Counted from the first letter of the stretch, positions 13,225 to 27,405 are shown. The stretch: 64,000 bases of DNA from Eledone cirrhosa (GCA_964016885.1 OZ024741.1:178436001-178500000); one strand, 5' to 3'. Numbers and translations: made by a program. Notes: generated from the letters alone by a model not told the origin.

Positions 13225-13262
13225 CCTTTTGAAAAGCAGAAGAACTGCGAAACCGGTAAAGG
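13225..13262 (+). ncRNA. Variant minimal hammerhead, U3-A8 core
   Basis: cctt TTGAAAA gcag aagaa ctgc GAAA ccgg TA aagg. Perfect stems I and II, palindromic stem III. Confidence 0.7.
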
Positions 13263-13394
13263 AACCAAATAAATATATATATTTTTTTTTAAAAATAAGA
13301 CTTCAGTTGCATTTTCGATTTCATCCCTTTTTCTTTATACTTCCACTCGTGTAGGACACCTCGGTTATTTTTCATTTTGTAAAAAAAACCTCAC

Positions 13395-13499
<105 letters not shown>

Positions 13500-13701
13500 G
13501 GTATGTGTGTCTGTATGTGTGTGTGTGTGCGTGTGTGTGCGTGTGCGTGTGCGTGTGTGTGTGCGTGTTTGTGTGTGTATGTAGGTATGCATTATGTATG
13601 TATGTATGTACGCAACAGGCAAACAGAGATAACGAAGAAAATGATACAGTACAATGAAGAAATATATTATTAGTTTTCCGCTTGATATATTAGGAAAAGT
13701 G

Positions 13702-13737
13702 TCTTAACGTTTCGGACGCTAATCCTTCATCAGAAGA
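13702..13737 (-). ncRNA. Minimal type-I hammerhead motif
   Basis: Reverse complement: tctt CTGATGA agga ttagcg tcc GAAA cg TT aaga. Confidence 0.7.
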
Positions 13738-14139
13738 TAAAATGAGAAAGTAAAGGAGAAATTGAAAGGTTGGGTAAAGCTGAAACGGAAAAAATTATTT
13801 TAGAGAGAAATAACAGGTCCATTCATGTTTCCATTTCTCGATATATATATGTATATATAACGAAGGAAGTGTGGTAAGGAACCAGATGGACCATAACGCA
13901 CTAGAGGGGATATTTATTACCACGCTAAAAATTCTAATTTAGTCCAGAAATAGCCGTCGAAACGGCATGAGCTCTGCCGTCGGGGTTAAACAATTTCCTA
14001 TATATATATATGTGTGTGTGTGCATATGTATGTGACTTTTTGTGTGTGTGCGCGCGCGCGTGTGTGTGTGGGTGTGTGTATCTGTGCGTGTGAGGGTGTG
14101 GGTGTTTGTATACATGTATAGATATATAATTGTTTCTAC

Positions 14140-14306
14140 CTTTGGCACAAGACCAGCAAATACCCACTACATTACTGGTACTTTATTTTATCTACCTCGT
14201 AATGATGAAAGGCAAAGTTGACTCGGCAGGATTTGAACTCAGAATGGAAAGGGCCGTAACTCTATGCGTCAAAGCAAGACGTCCGACCCTCTACCGATAC
14301 TGCCAA
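14140..14306 (-). mobile_element. tRNA-derived SINE (Octopus OK/Nin-like family)
   Basis: Reverse complement of the family consensus: tggcagtatcggtagagggtcggac..ctgagttcaaatc..actttgcctttcatc..aaagtaccagtaat. Confidence 0.8.
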
Positions 14307-15241
14307 GATATATAATATAGGTTGAAATGATATATCCGTCTAATAGTAAATAGAAATATCCAAATATCTCGGACTTTTAGGAAGCGCAGAGTTGATACAG
14401 AATTGCGCTTAGATGCTATAAAATCGCTTATAAAATCGGCAACTTCTTTTTCTTTCGTTACGCGTCTTCACACTATTTTATATGCTATTTTATAGACCGC
14501 CTCAGCATAAGCGCACCATTCTTTATAATAAATATCTATACAATATATACAATATAGATTTTTACATGACTAAAACCTAACATTCATATATAGGCACAAA
14601 ATATGAAGATTAAAATACCAATCCAACTGGTTTGGGTGCACATATGCGTTAATCAGCGAGAGGAAGACAACTTCGTGTGAGTAAGAAAAATGAGATACCT
14701 GAACCTATGCATCGTTTTCTGCGGTTCTGATCTGCTGAATATTAGATAATGTTAGTAGTCATTACGTAATTTAGAGTTCCCCTCCCTGTAACAGAATGAT
14801 CAATATGGCTTGCCCACTACCTCCAGTTTCGGTTGCCAATGATTGTAATAGTTTACAACTTCTAGTGATGCGGGCGTCATATCAAAGAGGAAATAATCCA
14901 GGTCTGACCATTTACAGAAACACGCGTTGGTAATTGATTCAGATTTTTTTTTTAATATGATGATTGCTAAAAGCACTCTCCCAGAAAAGAAAAATAGTAC
15001 AATCAACAATAAATTAAGCGGACTAGAAAAACTGTGTGAGGGAGTTAAACTTCGAACTTAAATGCCATATATTTCCCTGGGAGTTAAAATAATTAAGAGA
15101 CGTAGCTTGTCGAATAGAATGGATATAGCTATATTCTATCGACAGCTAGATCCGAACTAAGTCAGTAGTCACTACTGGCTTAGTTCGGATCTAGCACTCG
15201 AAACGGCCGGCGCTCAGCCGTCGGGGTACTGAATCTTTTTC

Positions 15242-15280
<39 letters not shown>

Positions 15281-15283
<3 letters not shown>

Positions 15284-15989
15284 TGGTTACACAACAGTTA
15301 GTTCACCATAACGAGAACAATTGTTTCACCTTCGCGGATATTCAGCTCGGGATGTATATGGTTATAGGAACAGGAAGGACAACCGTACGAACGCGCATGC
15401 GCAGAAACTCGGTCATTTCACACAGGCAATAGTAGACTGCGTGCCGGGGGTGTAAGGGAGATAACTGCGAAAGTCCGGAAATTTTTTTGGTTGAAAATAA
15501 AATAAAAAATGTTTTAAATAAAATTACAAAGAATCAGTCCGGAGCTTTGTAGTTATGTAATAGATGTTTGGTGACGTGTGGACAACGTGTGAAAAATTCA
15601 CTTCTCGTGTTTAGGCAATCACTATTGCGTAATCTCTTTAGGATAGTTATTCGTTCCTCAATACATAAGCCACAGATTCGTTGTAATTTTATTTTTAAAT
15701 TTTTAAATTTTATTTTCAACCAAAAAACTTTCCGGACTTTTGCAGTTATCTCCCTTACCCCGCACGCAGTCTACTATTGCCTGTGTGAAGTGACCTAGTT
15801 TCTGCGCATGCGCGTTCGTACGGTTGTCCTTCCTGTTCCTATAACCATATACATCCCGATCTGAAGATCCGCGAAGCTGAAACAATTGTTCTCGGTATGG
15901 TGAACTAACTGTTGTGTAACCACTTCTATCTAACTCGTCCCTTGGACTGAGTACTCTACCACTACGGATATTACCGTCCAGTGTTCCAC

Positions 15990-15995
<6 letters not shown>
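15281..15995. mobile_element. PLE 3'-end fragment with inverted pLTR arms
   Basis: 15281-15525 is inverted at about 15685-15926. The spacer encodes (-) ICGLCIEERITIL...LNTRSEFFTRCPH, a PLE C-terminus. Each arm holds a hammerhead; the left copy (15312-15349) has G8U. Confidence 0.85.
15856..15895 (+). ncRNA. Type-I hammerhead motif
   Basis: ccgat CTGAAGA tccgcgaagct GAAA caattg TT ctcgg. Stem II is damaged relative to the 24139 copy. Confidence 0.6.
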
Positions 15996-16032
<37 letters not shown>

Positions 16033-16035
<3 letters not shown>

Positions 16036-16892
16036 GGGTTGTGTCTGAAAATAAAAGGACTTGGTGTGCTGTGGGAGCTGTGAGAGGGGTAGAAATTAGC
16101 GGGTTGCCTAGCCGTGTGGCGTAATATCCGCGGAGTATATAACTGCGATCTTAGATCTCTGTAACTATTGTATATTTTGTGGTGTGCTTTTGTTAACAGC
16201 TACTCAATTTTAGGCCGTCGAGTGATGGACACACACACAAAAGAAAAGAACTTGAAGTTTTGGTTCGGCTGGGGAAAACTCCGTCAAAAGCACTGGGAAT
16301 ACTGCAGCAAGTGTATGAAGATAAGACGATGTCGCGCTCATGGATTTTCGAGTAGCACAAAAAGTTTAAAAGGACGCGGGGACGTGGAAGACGACCTTAG
16401 TAATGGGAGGGCTTCAGCATGCAGGACTCATGCCAAAGTTGAGCGTGTGAGGTAGCTTGTACGTGCCGATCGTTGGCTGACTATTTGAGTGATCACAAAT
16501 GAGCTAGGGATGAACGACAATATGGTTTGGAAGTTTATCAACAAAGATTTAAGCATGTGAAAGTTCTTTGGCTCACAATGGCCTGAGCTTCCGGTAGGTC
16601 CTTGCCGAGAAGAACATCACTGTAATAGAACAATCTCCTTATTCACTTGTTCATGTTCCGCGTGACTTTTTTCCCAAACTCAAGGGGGTTATCAAGGGGT
16701 CCCATTTTTGAAGGCGTGGAGGCCATCAAGAGGACCATAACAAAGCAGTGCATAGAAGCGTAGCAGAGAAGGCTGGAAAGGTTCACAAGACTCCAAGGGG
16801 ATTACTCTGGAGGGGAAATCATCTAGTTTCTTCTTTGTAATTTAAATAAATTGTTTGTGACACCAGTCTCGTTAATTTTCATACATATTTCG
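16033..16892 (+). mobile_element. Internally deleted mariner (Tc1/mariner) transposon relic
   Basis: Degenerate TIRs (cgggttgtgtctgaaaataaaaggact / agtctcgttaattttcatacata). Frameshifted transposase RLGKTPSKALGILQQVYED..GRGDVEDDLSNGR..VRADRWLT, and EQSPYS..DFFPKLKG (YSPDLAP.D-like). Confidence 0.85.
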
Positions 16893-17378
16893 GAGCTAAG
16901 TTTATAAACTGTACTTATAGCTAAATTAATTTTACCTTAGATTTTCTATTATACTTTGTCTTGTGTGTAAATAATTATTCTTTAATTCATTGAGCCGCCG
17001 AAAACTGCATATTTTGCAAATTAGAATGACGAGCATTCAGCCATTTGTAACAGACATACACACGTACATATGCACAGATGGATCATCCAGACTCTTGATT
17101 GGAGAATTTCGATGTAATTGCATAGTATAAATGTGTGGAGGGACACAGACAAATTGCATATTGCATATATATATATATATATATACACATTCATGTCATC
17201 CCTTCACGTGCGTGCCTTTCCACAAATATGCTTGTATTCATCGTTTCTATGAATACATTCATATATGTGTAAAAGCACGCACGTATAGGGACTATGTGTT
17301 TTTTTCATATATATAAATATTGTGTGTGTGTGTCTGTGTGTGTGCCTGTGTCTAGGTCGGCATGTATATATGTATGCT

Positions 17379-17460
<82 letters not shown>

Positions 17461-18399
17461 CATGCAAACATAATCTAGGTGAAAGTTTCATGTGTTTAAA
17501 TTAATTGTGAATGCCTGGATAGCGTCAGAAAATCTGCCGTTAAAAAGTCACAAGCATTTCTGATATGATTATAAAATGTAATCAAGCTGTTTTTAAAATC
17601 ATTCTTGCAAAAGCAAGTCGATGCACAATCTCACCTACGTCTGATGGCTTCATATAAAATTCAGACCTTTTTCCTCTTTAAATTTTTTTTTATGTTTTCT
17701 ATAGTTTTGAATTATTTCGAAGTTTCGAGGAGAGAATAAAACATCTTCATTATATACACAGTTTTGTCTTGCTTTTTTCTTCTTCCTCCATTTTCTTCAT
17801 TCCATTATGTTTCCTTTTTCTTCTTATTTTGCTTCTTTCATTTTATTGTTCTTTATTTCTCCTTTTTTCTCTTTTTGATTCTTCATTTATATTCTTCTTT
17901 CCTTTTTATTCTTCATTCCTCTTTTTCGTCTTTATCTCCTTTCTCCTTCTTCTTCTTCACCACCAACATCACTATTGAAATTGTAATTGTCATTTTTGTT
18001 ATATTATTGACGTTAGTTCTTTGCTTCCCTTTATAAGTCTTTAAAATCATTGTTATTTAACTGTGTAGTTATGGTAGATACCTGATTCAAACACAATTAA
18101 TTAGTCGATTACTGTGGTTCGACCCTCTTTGAGAACAAACACCTGAGAAAAAATGTAATTATGTAAAAAAAACATTTACACTTTTCCTTATACCTTTTGT
18201 TTTCTCTTATTCTTTAGTGTTCGTCTTTTTTTAATCTTCTTCTGTTTTTTTCTTCAGCACCATCAATATCACTATTCATTTTATTCTCATTGTCGTTGTT
18301 ATGTTTCTAATTTCAATTAGCCATACACCTCAGAAAAAATTGTGTTTATCTAGGAGACATAAAAACGTTGTCTATTTTGTTAGCAGGTCAACGAATAAC

Positions 18400-19025
18400 G
18401 TAGGAGACGGGTGCTTTCAAACACTCAGAAAAGGAAAAGCCGTCATTCAGTGAAGACAGGTTTTCAGGAGTGGTCTGTATGGTCATCTATATCCTAATAA
18501 CCTCTGAAGACTACAGAGTCCATTCTGAAGATGTGACATCTAGTGGGTGCTAAAAGAAAACACGCAATGAGACTGGAATTGCTGAACAAGATGTCCACTT
18601 GTTACACGTGTGATATTGTATGTGCATTGGACACCCGTGGGTTCAGACGAGCAACAGCTTGCTCGCTAAATTAACATGGAATTAACTGAGCATTCGACAA
18701 ATACGTGTGCCCTCAAGATATTTCTCATGTAGATTCAGCATGACATTGTGTATGATAAAACTGGCCCTTTGAATTACAGGCACACAGGAAATCGATATCA
18801 CGACTGTACAATCGCCAGCTTTCAAGAATAATCTAATGAACTGCATTGCAGCCTCAACTTTATATAATACCACGTCTTTGGTGGTGCTTTCCAAGAGAGC
18901 TATGTCATCTGTGTAAGCCAGTTCAGGTAGAACATCCAGTGGATGTCTTGTACTTTGCCGTCTGATGGTGCAATAACATTACGCAATGCATTATCATGGC
19001 AGATTATATAAAGTAATGCAGCCAG
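18400..19025 (-). mobile_element. Degenerate non-LTR retrotransposon RT fragment
   Basis: The - strand reads LPELAYTDDIALLE (YADD-like motif) near 18885-18930, followed by decayed downstream RT sequence. Confidence 0.65.
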
Positions 19026-19099
19026 TCCGTCTCACTGGAGGGGTCCGATAAATGTGAATTTAATAATAAATGTCAGAAATTGTGTTAAGGGCTCGGTTA

Positions 19100-19845
19100 A
19101 CGTGACCTTGTTACTTGATTGGTACTATATTTCGTCGACCTGACAAAGCTGAAAGGTAAATTTGACCTCGGTACGATTTAAACTCAGAACATAGGATTAC
19201 ATTTTCGACTCTCTTATGCCCTAAGTTTCCAGTTTAGTATTGGTTTCTGATTTAGACAAGGCTAAAATTTTAGGGGTGGAATTCGATTAATTTGACCTCA
19301 GTGAGTTACTGGCACTTTATTTCATCGACCCCATAATGATGAAAGGCAAAGCTAACCTCGGCAACATTTGAACTTAAAGGGAGGTAATTATATTACGCAA
19401 AGCATGTTTTCCGACTCTATACCGGTATTGCCAATCCACCGTTTCTATTTACTAATGATTTCTACTATAGGGACATGGCCAGCATTTATGTGTGGGGAAA
19501 GTCGATTAAAACGACCCCAGTGCATTACTGGTGCTTTGAGAACCCCGCAAGGATGAAAGGCAAAGCTAACCTCGGCAGTATTTGAACTCAAACGTAAAAG
19601 GCCGTAACTCTATGCCACGCAGCAGGGTTTTCGACGCTCTACTCATATTGCCAATCCAATAACAATCTAATTGTGGCGCAAGGCCAGCAATTACCCCAAT
19701 GCATTGCTGGTGCTTTATTTTATTGAGCCTGTAAGGATGAAGGACAAAGTTAACCTCGGCGGGATTTGAACGCAGGACGTAAATGTCCATAACTCTATGC
19801 TGCAATGCATCGTGTCTGATGCGCGCTACCGACACTGCCAATCCA
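19100..19845 (-). mobile_element. Cluster of about 4 head-to-tail SINE copies (OK/Nin-like)
   Basis: gatgaaaggcaaag.taacctcggc...tttgaac recurs at about 19150, 19340, 19555 and 19738. Confidence 0.8.
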
Positions 19846-19977
19846 AAGCCAAATAGCACCAGATGCATCATTAGCTGTAGGTTTGAAGTATATAACTCGC
19901 TTCAAACTGTCTGCTGTTCTGATACGAAATATGTTCCTCTTATCTTCTTGTCCCCTTTTGTTTTACTTTTCATTTAG

Positions 19978-20070
19978 TTTCTCGGAATTGATCAGGCTGC
20001 TCTCTACGAAATCTCATCGAGGTGGACTCACAAAGTCCTTGTTTCCAGATATGTGGAGGGGTTAAGCAAA
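19978..20070 (+). pseudogene. iGluR-like ATD pseudo-exon (open, 93 bp)
   Basis: Long polypyrimidine tract and catttag|, then FLGIDQAALYEISSRWTHKVLVSRYVEGLSK|gtgata. Resembles GIDC......W.HG..I. Confidence 0.5.
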
Positions 20071-20296
20071 GTGATAGTAACCTCATCTCACACAATTTTA
20101 CATACTATTGGAATCTTCCCAGCAAGGATCGATATTCAGTATAGCACGAAAACCCTATAATGAAATAAAGAATTTATATATATTTGGTGACGTTTGATTT
20201 TACCCTTTAATTGTTTTGTTGATAGCACATTCTGTAGCTTCATGAGTTAAATGTTTTTAAATGTTAGCATCAACCCTTAAAAGGGTTAATACATAT

Positions 20297-20362
20297 ACTG
20301 GCGGTATTCTTTCACTATTCCGAGATGATACAATATATGTTAGTGAATTAGAGGTAGACTGT
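20297..20362 (+). pseudogene. iGluR-like end-of-ATD relic
   Basis: TGGILSLFRDDTIYVSELEVD resembles TG.I.FD..G.R.NYT..V.EL. Confidence 0.45.
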
Positions 20363-22589
20363 TAAACCAACACAAACTTCATTCCAAAATTTATGGTTAC
20401 GTGCCAATTTTAGAAAACTTTATTTCTATTTAAGTGAATAGCGCTTTCATCTATTTCCGTTTGAAATATTTTCAAAACGCTTCATATATATAAAACTACT
20501 TTATTTAACAACTTCTTTTCATTGTATTCTATCATTATATGCATTAATTTGTCATTTAAGTTTATTCTCTATAGGGTTTTATATTTCCCTTTGTTCCATA
20601 ATGTCCTCATACTTATTTTCAATACTTCATCTGAGAGAATTTTGTATATTCTAATTAGACTGTATGGTTATTTTGGAGGGGAATGTTAATCCTGTTCTAT
20701 TTGGTTACTCTCTCTCTCTCTCTCTCGCTCTTCCCTCTCTCTCTTATTCACCAATCTTCTCTTTCTCCCTCCCATCCTTTTGATCGTGTCACTGTTCTGT
20801 GTATTGTTGATGTTCTCAGCTAGTTTTCTGCGTGCATAGGCAAACGCACTGATTATATTAACGATGTTAGTTGATATTTTTCATTGTTTGAATTCCTTGG
20901 CTGTTATGGTAACCCTTTCTATATCCAAGTTAGCTACCATCTTACGTTCGTTTATACACGATGGAATCTTCTCATATTCATTAATTTATTCGAGTCTAAA
21001 TCATACATTTTCATTCGAATGCTTCCGTCACAATATCTTATATGTTTTCTCATGCTTCTATTTCTCAAGTAAAGTACTGATGTGCATAATATGGAAATCA
21101 GCCCACTTTTTACTTGTTCTTCTTCGTGTGTATTTTCTTGTATTCTTTTCTGAATGAACATGAGGATCGGCTTCTAGACTGCTTTTGGTTAAATACCGGT
21201 TCACTGGTTTCCAGTGATGCAGAAGTATTTACGCTAAATATTTTGTCTCTCTCTTTTTTTAATATTTCCTTTTCGCGTCCATTTTTCTATTCAAATTCGT
21301 ATACCGCTTGTAACGTTAAAAGAAACAATTGTGTTTCTATCTTTGGTGTGTTGCAGTTCATGCTCATTTTTCTTTTGTTTGGTTTAGTCTGATATTGATC
21401 GATGTATCTGTGTAAAATGTTTACATGAGTAGGAGGTGGAATATCAGTATGCAAGTCAGTACTACACAAGATTTATTTAATCAAAATATGTTTACATTAC
21501 AATACATGTTAGCTAATATAGTCATTGAAAGGAGCAGCGAAAGAGACCAACTGAAGGGACCAGCTATATGAATAGGCTAAAGAAAGAAACAGAAGGGAGG
21601 AAGTGTTGGAATATTTTAGTTTCCTATTTTTGTATTCGTTAGTTTAGAGGTGTTAAAGAGTCAAGTGTTTCAACGAACAAATATTACGCATTGCTTTAAA
21701 TACACTATATTTTCCCCTTTAACTTATGTTAATACTTACGAAAACAGCGAAGACATTATGTGGTCAATCAACCAGGCAGAAGTAGCAGCCAGATCATCAT
21801 AATCTTTTCAAATTCTAACCTGGGATATTTTAAAGTTAATCAACCTGGTGTTTATAAAATAATTGCTAATTGTTAAACATCGTTCACTTCAATGTCTACA
21901 GCAACACGTCTATAAAACGTCTATAAACGTCTGATCTTAACACTTTTGTTATCATATTTATAATTAAAGGCATTCTATTACTCTATTACTTTATTACGTG
22001 TTCCAGCCGAGAGACCGAGACGATGCAGAGGCACCGCCATTGTGCTGTTTCTAAGTTTCAAATTTCAAATAATTTTGAAAATGATATTTGAGAGATTTCA
22101 TAATATAACTAATATTCTCATTAAGTTGTTGGTTTTAGCATAACTTAAAGACTGATGCCTAGAATTATGATAGAAATCTATTAAAAACATAAGTACCTTC
22201 AAATTATCGCAGAATGAGGTGCAGTTTCAGGCAGGTTGATTTCGAAAGTGTGGAATAAAAAAAGAAGACTTTGGAAAGATGATTCAAAACCATTCCAATC
22301 ATGAAAATTGCGTACTTATATGTTTTATTGCCTAGTTTGACTTATTTAAGACACGATTTGGTGATTTGCGAGCGATTTGGCTGCAATTGCAGACATAACA
22401 ATCGATGCTGCACATGTTACTGTTTTGATGAGGTATTTACAGTGGTTGAATTATTGGTTAAGCGCTTTGATTGATTGCTTATATAAGTTAATACCTCCAT
22501 CATTTTTCTGGAAAATCGATGGACGTCTCTTCAGAGAGAAATATTCATTTCTCAAAAATGCATAAAATAAGAATTTGAAAGACGACAGC

Positions 22590-23310
22590 ATGTATCAACT
22601 TGCACTCAATATGGTTGATGCCGAGGGCTACATGGTCTAATTAAAATCAGTGCTGCGAAAACTGAGACACTCGTTCCCCAAGGAAGCCTGCGCAGTGCAC
22701 TCTACATGTGAATGGAGTTGCACTGAAGCAGGTGGAGAAGTTCAAGTATCTCGGGGCTGTGTCCATGAGTGATGGAAGTCAGGAGGCTGAATTAAGTGCA
22801 ATAATTACAGGAGCTGATGCAATAATGCACCTACTTCAGCATTCGATAATCAGAAGATGGGAGGTAGGCGTAAAAGTGAAACTCGCTAACTTTAATTTGG
22901 TATTCGTGCCAACCCTTACTTTTGGTCATAAATCTAGTGTAATGACCGAAATAATACGATCACGAATACAAGCCGCCGATATGGAGTTCCTATGAAGGGT
23001 CTTTGGAGTAACTTTACACGATTGAGAGCGTAGCTCGGTGATTAGAGAATCACTCCAAGTAAAGTCGCTACTTCTTCGAATTGAGAGCTCACAGCTCCGA
23101 TAGTATGGGCATGAGGTTAGAATGTCTCAGGAAGGAAACAGTGGACAGATTGTACGCGCAAAACGAAACGGCAAGCGACCCAGTGGTAGACCACGAGCCA
23201 GATGGTTTGATAACATAGAAGAGCTTGGCTGGTCACGCTTAGGTCAGATGAACATTGTTTGCTGATGGAAGGAGTGTTTGAGGACTCTATCCCACGACCC
23301 TCTCAGGTAC
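22590..23310 (+). mobile_element. RTE-type LINE 3' fragment
   Basis: NGVALKQVEKFKYLG...FVPTLTFGH...RIQAADMEFL, then IESSQLR*YGH..RM and GKRPSGRPRARW. Confidence 0.85.
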
Positions 23311-23980
23311 ATGTGGGCGAAGAAAAATATAAATTTATCTTTTTCTCTCTGTGTGTATATACACATATATATATATATATATATATTGACACTCAGGTGT
23401 TTGGTTGTTTACACTCCACTTTTATCTCATTTTCTCTTAAAACGCACCACTCGATGATAAAATAAGAATTGTAATTCTTTACACTTCTCGATTCTGACAC
23501 ACAGGTTTTCTACTTCAGTTAATATTTTTCAAATCTTTCAAATTTTGATATTGGTTGTAACACACGCATTTTTATTTGTCTGGCACTCCCCACGACGTGA
23601 AATGGTGGCAGGATCGATGCCAACCTACACACAAATTCTTCACAACATAGCAGCAGCACACTAGAGCTGACCTGCCAGCTGACCCCTTAACATCACTACC
23701 ACTACCAACATAATGGAGAAGGTCAGCTGTACTTAAACATCCGGACAAAAACATATACAACAGATTGTCTTGCCTCAGAAAAATTTCTATAGACTTTTGA
23801 CTCAGGAATGTTCTCACAACTGAGCGTGTCCTATGACGCCGAAATTCGTTTGTTCTAACCCATATGATTCCAGTTCCTCAGAGGAATAACAACACAACCA
23901 GTAGCTGGACATATCGATGTATTGACGGAGTAAAACACACTTCAACAACATGTGTACCTGTCTTTCCCACACCAATTCAG

Positions 23981-24035
23981 ACTACCTGAAGAGGTCACAG
24001 CCAATGATGGCTGTCACCGAAATATATATAGCAGT
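23981..24035 (+). ncRNA. Type-I hammerhead motif
   Basis: actac CTGAAGA ggt cacagcca atga tggctgt c acc GAAA tatata TA gcagt. Confidence 0.75.
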
Positions 24036-24138
24036 ATATCTATAATTTATAATAAACAAAGCCAAATTTTACATATTTGACTTAATTATTTTATATATAT
24101 ATATATAGGAGTAGTAACACAACAGGTAGTTCACCATA

Positions 24139-24179
24139 CCGAGAACGATTGTTTCACCTTATGAGGATCTTCAGCTCGG
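24139..24179 (-). ncRNA. Type-I hammerhead motif
   Basis: Reverse complement: ccgag CTGAAGA tcc tcataa ggt GAAA caatcg TT ctcgg. Same family as 15856. Confidence 0.7.
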
Positions 24180-24240
24180 ATTTGTAATTGTTCTCGGTAT
24201 GGTGAACTACCACTACGGATATTACCTTCTAGTGTTCTGC

Positions 24241-24395
<155 letters not shown>

Positions 24396-24522
24396 AGTGT
24401 ATTTTTAAACATCAAGCGAGTTTGAAATAGGAAAAGATCAGTATTGACGTACATGCATTGACGTACATCTTTTTCTATTCATTACAGGGTTCTAAACCCC
24501 ACTATCAGGCTTATATATATAC

Positions 24523-24600
<78 letters not shown>

Positions 24601-24739
24601 ATACTTGGGGAGGGTCATATTTGCGTAATATTGCCAGAATTAATAACAGAACACACTCACAGAACATACCCAAGTATAACAATATCTGTTTCGACACACG
24701 ATTTCATATAAAAAACCTCGCTAAACTAATTCATCGCCG

Positions 24740-24837
<98 letters not shown>

Positions 24838-25958
24838 GTGTGGGGGGGGGGTCTAATAGTAGCTAAGATGCTTCCATAGGCGGTATGCCGGTTCAGCACT
24901 CTATGCTCTTACAGAGCAGAGTATGATATAATAGAAAAAGAAAAATCAGTGATGCATCTGAACTCAATTTATTGTCTGTTATAATTCTTTCGGCGGTGGA
25001 CAGCTCGAGACGCGATCATTGTGTGGATCTGTTTGATTCTGGACCCGCAGGTTCGACGGACACATCTAATGATTTCGGACCATATTCTCTCACTGGGGTA
25101 TCTGACCCTTTGTGCCAATACCGTCAAAAACTTCATCCTCTTCGCGCGTCCTGTGATAGGCCGCTGGTTATCGACGTCACCATAATTCTGACCACAGGTA
25201 TCTGTCCGATGACCATCAGGGCGTTAGCTGTGACACGTCTGCTACACTTCGATGAATTAGTGCTGTGCTTAGTTGTTCACAAATCCACGCGCGCACACAC
25301 ACACACACAAGCACATAGATAATGACAGTCATACGCATATTCACTCGCTATACACAGAGATTTAAGGAGAACATATAAATATACGCCATCATGCATCCAG
25401 AGAGGCACGTACACACACAGACACATACCCACATGGCCATATACATCCACATACACACACACATACATGTGCATACACATGCACACGCGTATATATACCC
25501 GTACACTCAACCACATACAGACATATACATAAACTCCCCCTCCACCCACACACTCACATATACACACGTACACATATCCATATATACACACGCGCAAACA
25601 CATATATACACAAACAAGCCCTTTCTCTACACGGGTGCTTGTACACACATACTGGCGCATATTCATATACACACCGACGCACGCATAAATATATATATAT
25701 ATATATATATATAAATAATATACACACAAAGTCATATAAAGATACACAATGGGCCATACATGAAAGGATGCATCTTGCCATAAATATATACATACATAAA
25801 AAAAATACACATACCACATATATAAGAAAAATATACATATACACATATATAATATATATATATATATATACTTCATTCCCTCTCATCTCGGGAACAGTTT
25901 TGGATAGCGCTAGTTCGTAATTTAAATTCAAGAATTTTATATTCTTCGAATGAAAAGA

Positions 25959-26041
25959 ACCTTCTGACGAGAATCCTTCTTTGCAACGAAGGCCGTATGG
26001 CCTCCGTTTATTTTTGAGATTCGAAACCGATCGGTAAAGGT
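25959..26041 (+). ncRNA. Type-I hammerhead motif with extended stem II
   Basis: acctt CTGACGA gaatc...gattc GAAA ccgatcgg TA aaggt. All three stems are perfect. Confidence 0.85.
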
Positions 26042-26108
26042 AACTATAGTAGGTAAAGTCAATTTTTTTAAATTTATTTTGAAACTTTTTCATTATTTGC
26101 TAAACCTT

Positions 26109-26187
<79 letters not shown>

Positions 26188-26190
<3 letters not shown>

Positions 26191-26357
26191 CACCGTATTT
26201 TTGACTAAAGAAATTTTAGCCTGATAATGGGGTTTAGAACCCTCAGATAAATGGAAAAAGATTATTATTGACGTCGATACTCATCATTTTCCATTTATCT
26301 GAGGGTTCTAAAACCCATTTTCAGGCTAAAATTTCTCTAGTCAAAAATACCGTGAAA
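26188..26357. repeat. Inverted repeat (arms about 70 bp) next to (TA)n
   Basis: ttcaccgtatttttgactaaagaaattttagcctga..gggtttagaaccctcagataaatggaaaa is mirrored at 26286-26357. A related sequence lies at 24465-24510. Confidence 0.85.
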
Positions 26358-26657
26358 GCTATTCTATTTCTAATTTCAAAGTCGCTCACTGTTTCAAAAC
26401 ATACTTACTTGTCATATATATATATATAAAACATACATATAACGACGCATAAATATACAGTGAGCTATACATGAAAGGATGCACCTTGTTATATGTGCCT
26501 ACAGAGATCTTGTTATGTTGCGAACGTGGATCAATCCTCACGCAAAGCCACATAATGTGCGTTCTGGTATTACAGTAAGTAGTATGCGCAGACCGTACAT
26601 TATGTGGTTTTGCGTGAAGAGTCCATACGTAGATTGAACCACGTTCGCAACGTAACA

Positions 26658-26723
<66 letters not shown>

Positions 26724-26924
26724 CGTGAAAAAGTAAGAACATGTTTATTTAAAACAGCACCTACGTACGTTTCACCCGGATCGGCTTCTCTAGGGCATAA
26801 ATAACTAAAAAGTGTTCCTTACATGGCCCGGAAAGTGTTTTTGGAGGTAAGTTCACGTCAGGGTTCATTCTTCGCAAAAAAAAAAATATATATATATATA
26901 TTTGCGAAGAATGAACTCTGTAGC

Positions 26925-27367
26925 GGAGATTCATTTGGTCTCCTAGTTAGAATTTTAGTCTACAACTTCTGCTATACCATTTACGTGGTTTTGTCTTTGA
27001 GTGCTATTGTTCTCCACGCTCCACATATGACTTATTATCTTCGTTTTTTCGTTCATTGCCAGAGAACGTCTCTATGCACCACCTAAGAGAACATTAGTCT
27101 ACGACTTCTGTTATACCATAAACGTGGTTCTGTCTTTGCGCGTAATTGCTTTTCACCGCTCCTATTAATGACGTATTATTCGTTTTTTCCCGTTCTTTGC
27201 CAGCGAACGTTACCACGAACCAAAGTATCGTCTTCCTGTCTTCCTCCGGTTGCAACGTTTTTTTAAATATCCACTTCTGCGTTTACAGATTGACTTTGGT
27301 AGTTTCAGAAGATCCCGTTAAGGGTGAAAGCAGCGATTCTTTGCTTAAAATTTAATCTGTTATTTTA

Positions 27368-27372
<5 letters not shown>
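26925..27372 (+). repeat. Interspersed repeat family B (about 450 bp), copy 1
   Basis: Near-identical copies at 30812-31140 (-), 31215-31645 (+) and 35966-36436 (-). Internal duplication of about 150 bp. Ends at (TA)n; probably a PLE terminal repeat. Confidence 0.85.

Positions 27373-27405
<33 letters not shown>

Noticed and set aside
14770-14990. Possible additional ATD exon (QYG..., NNPG, HALVIDS..KAL)
   Set aside because: The position fits, but the similarity is too weak to call without an alignment.
20690-21470. Possible RT relic on the - strand (HRYIDQ, resembling RYIDD)
   Set aside because: Only one weak motif; a family could not be assigned by eye.
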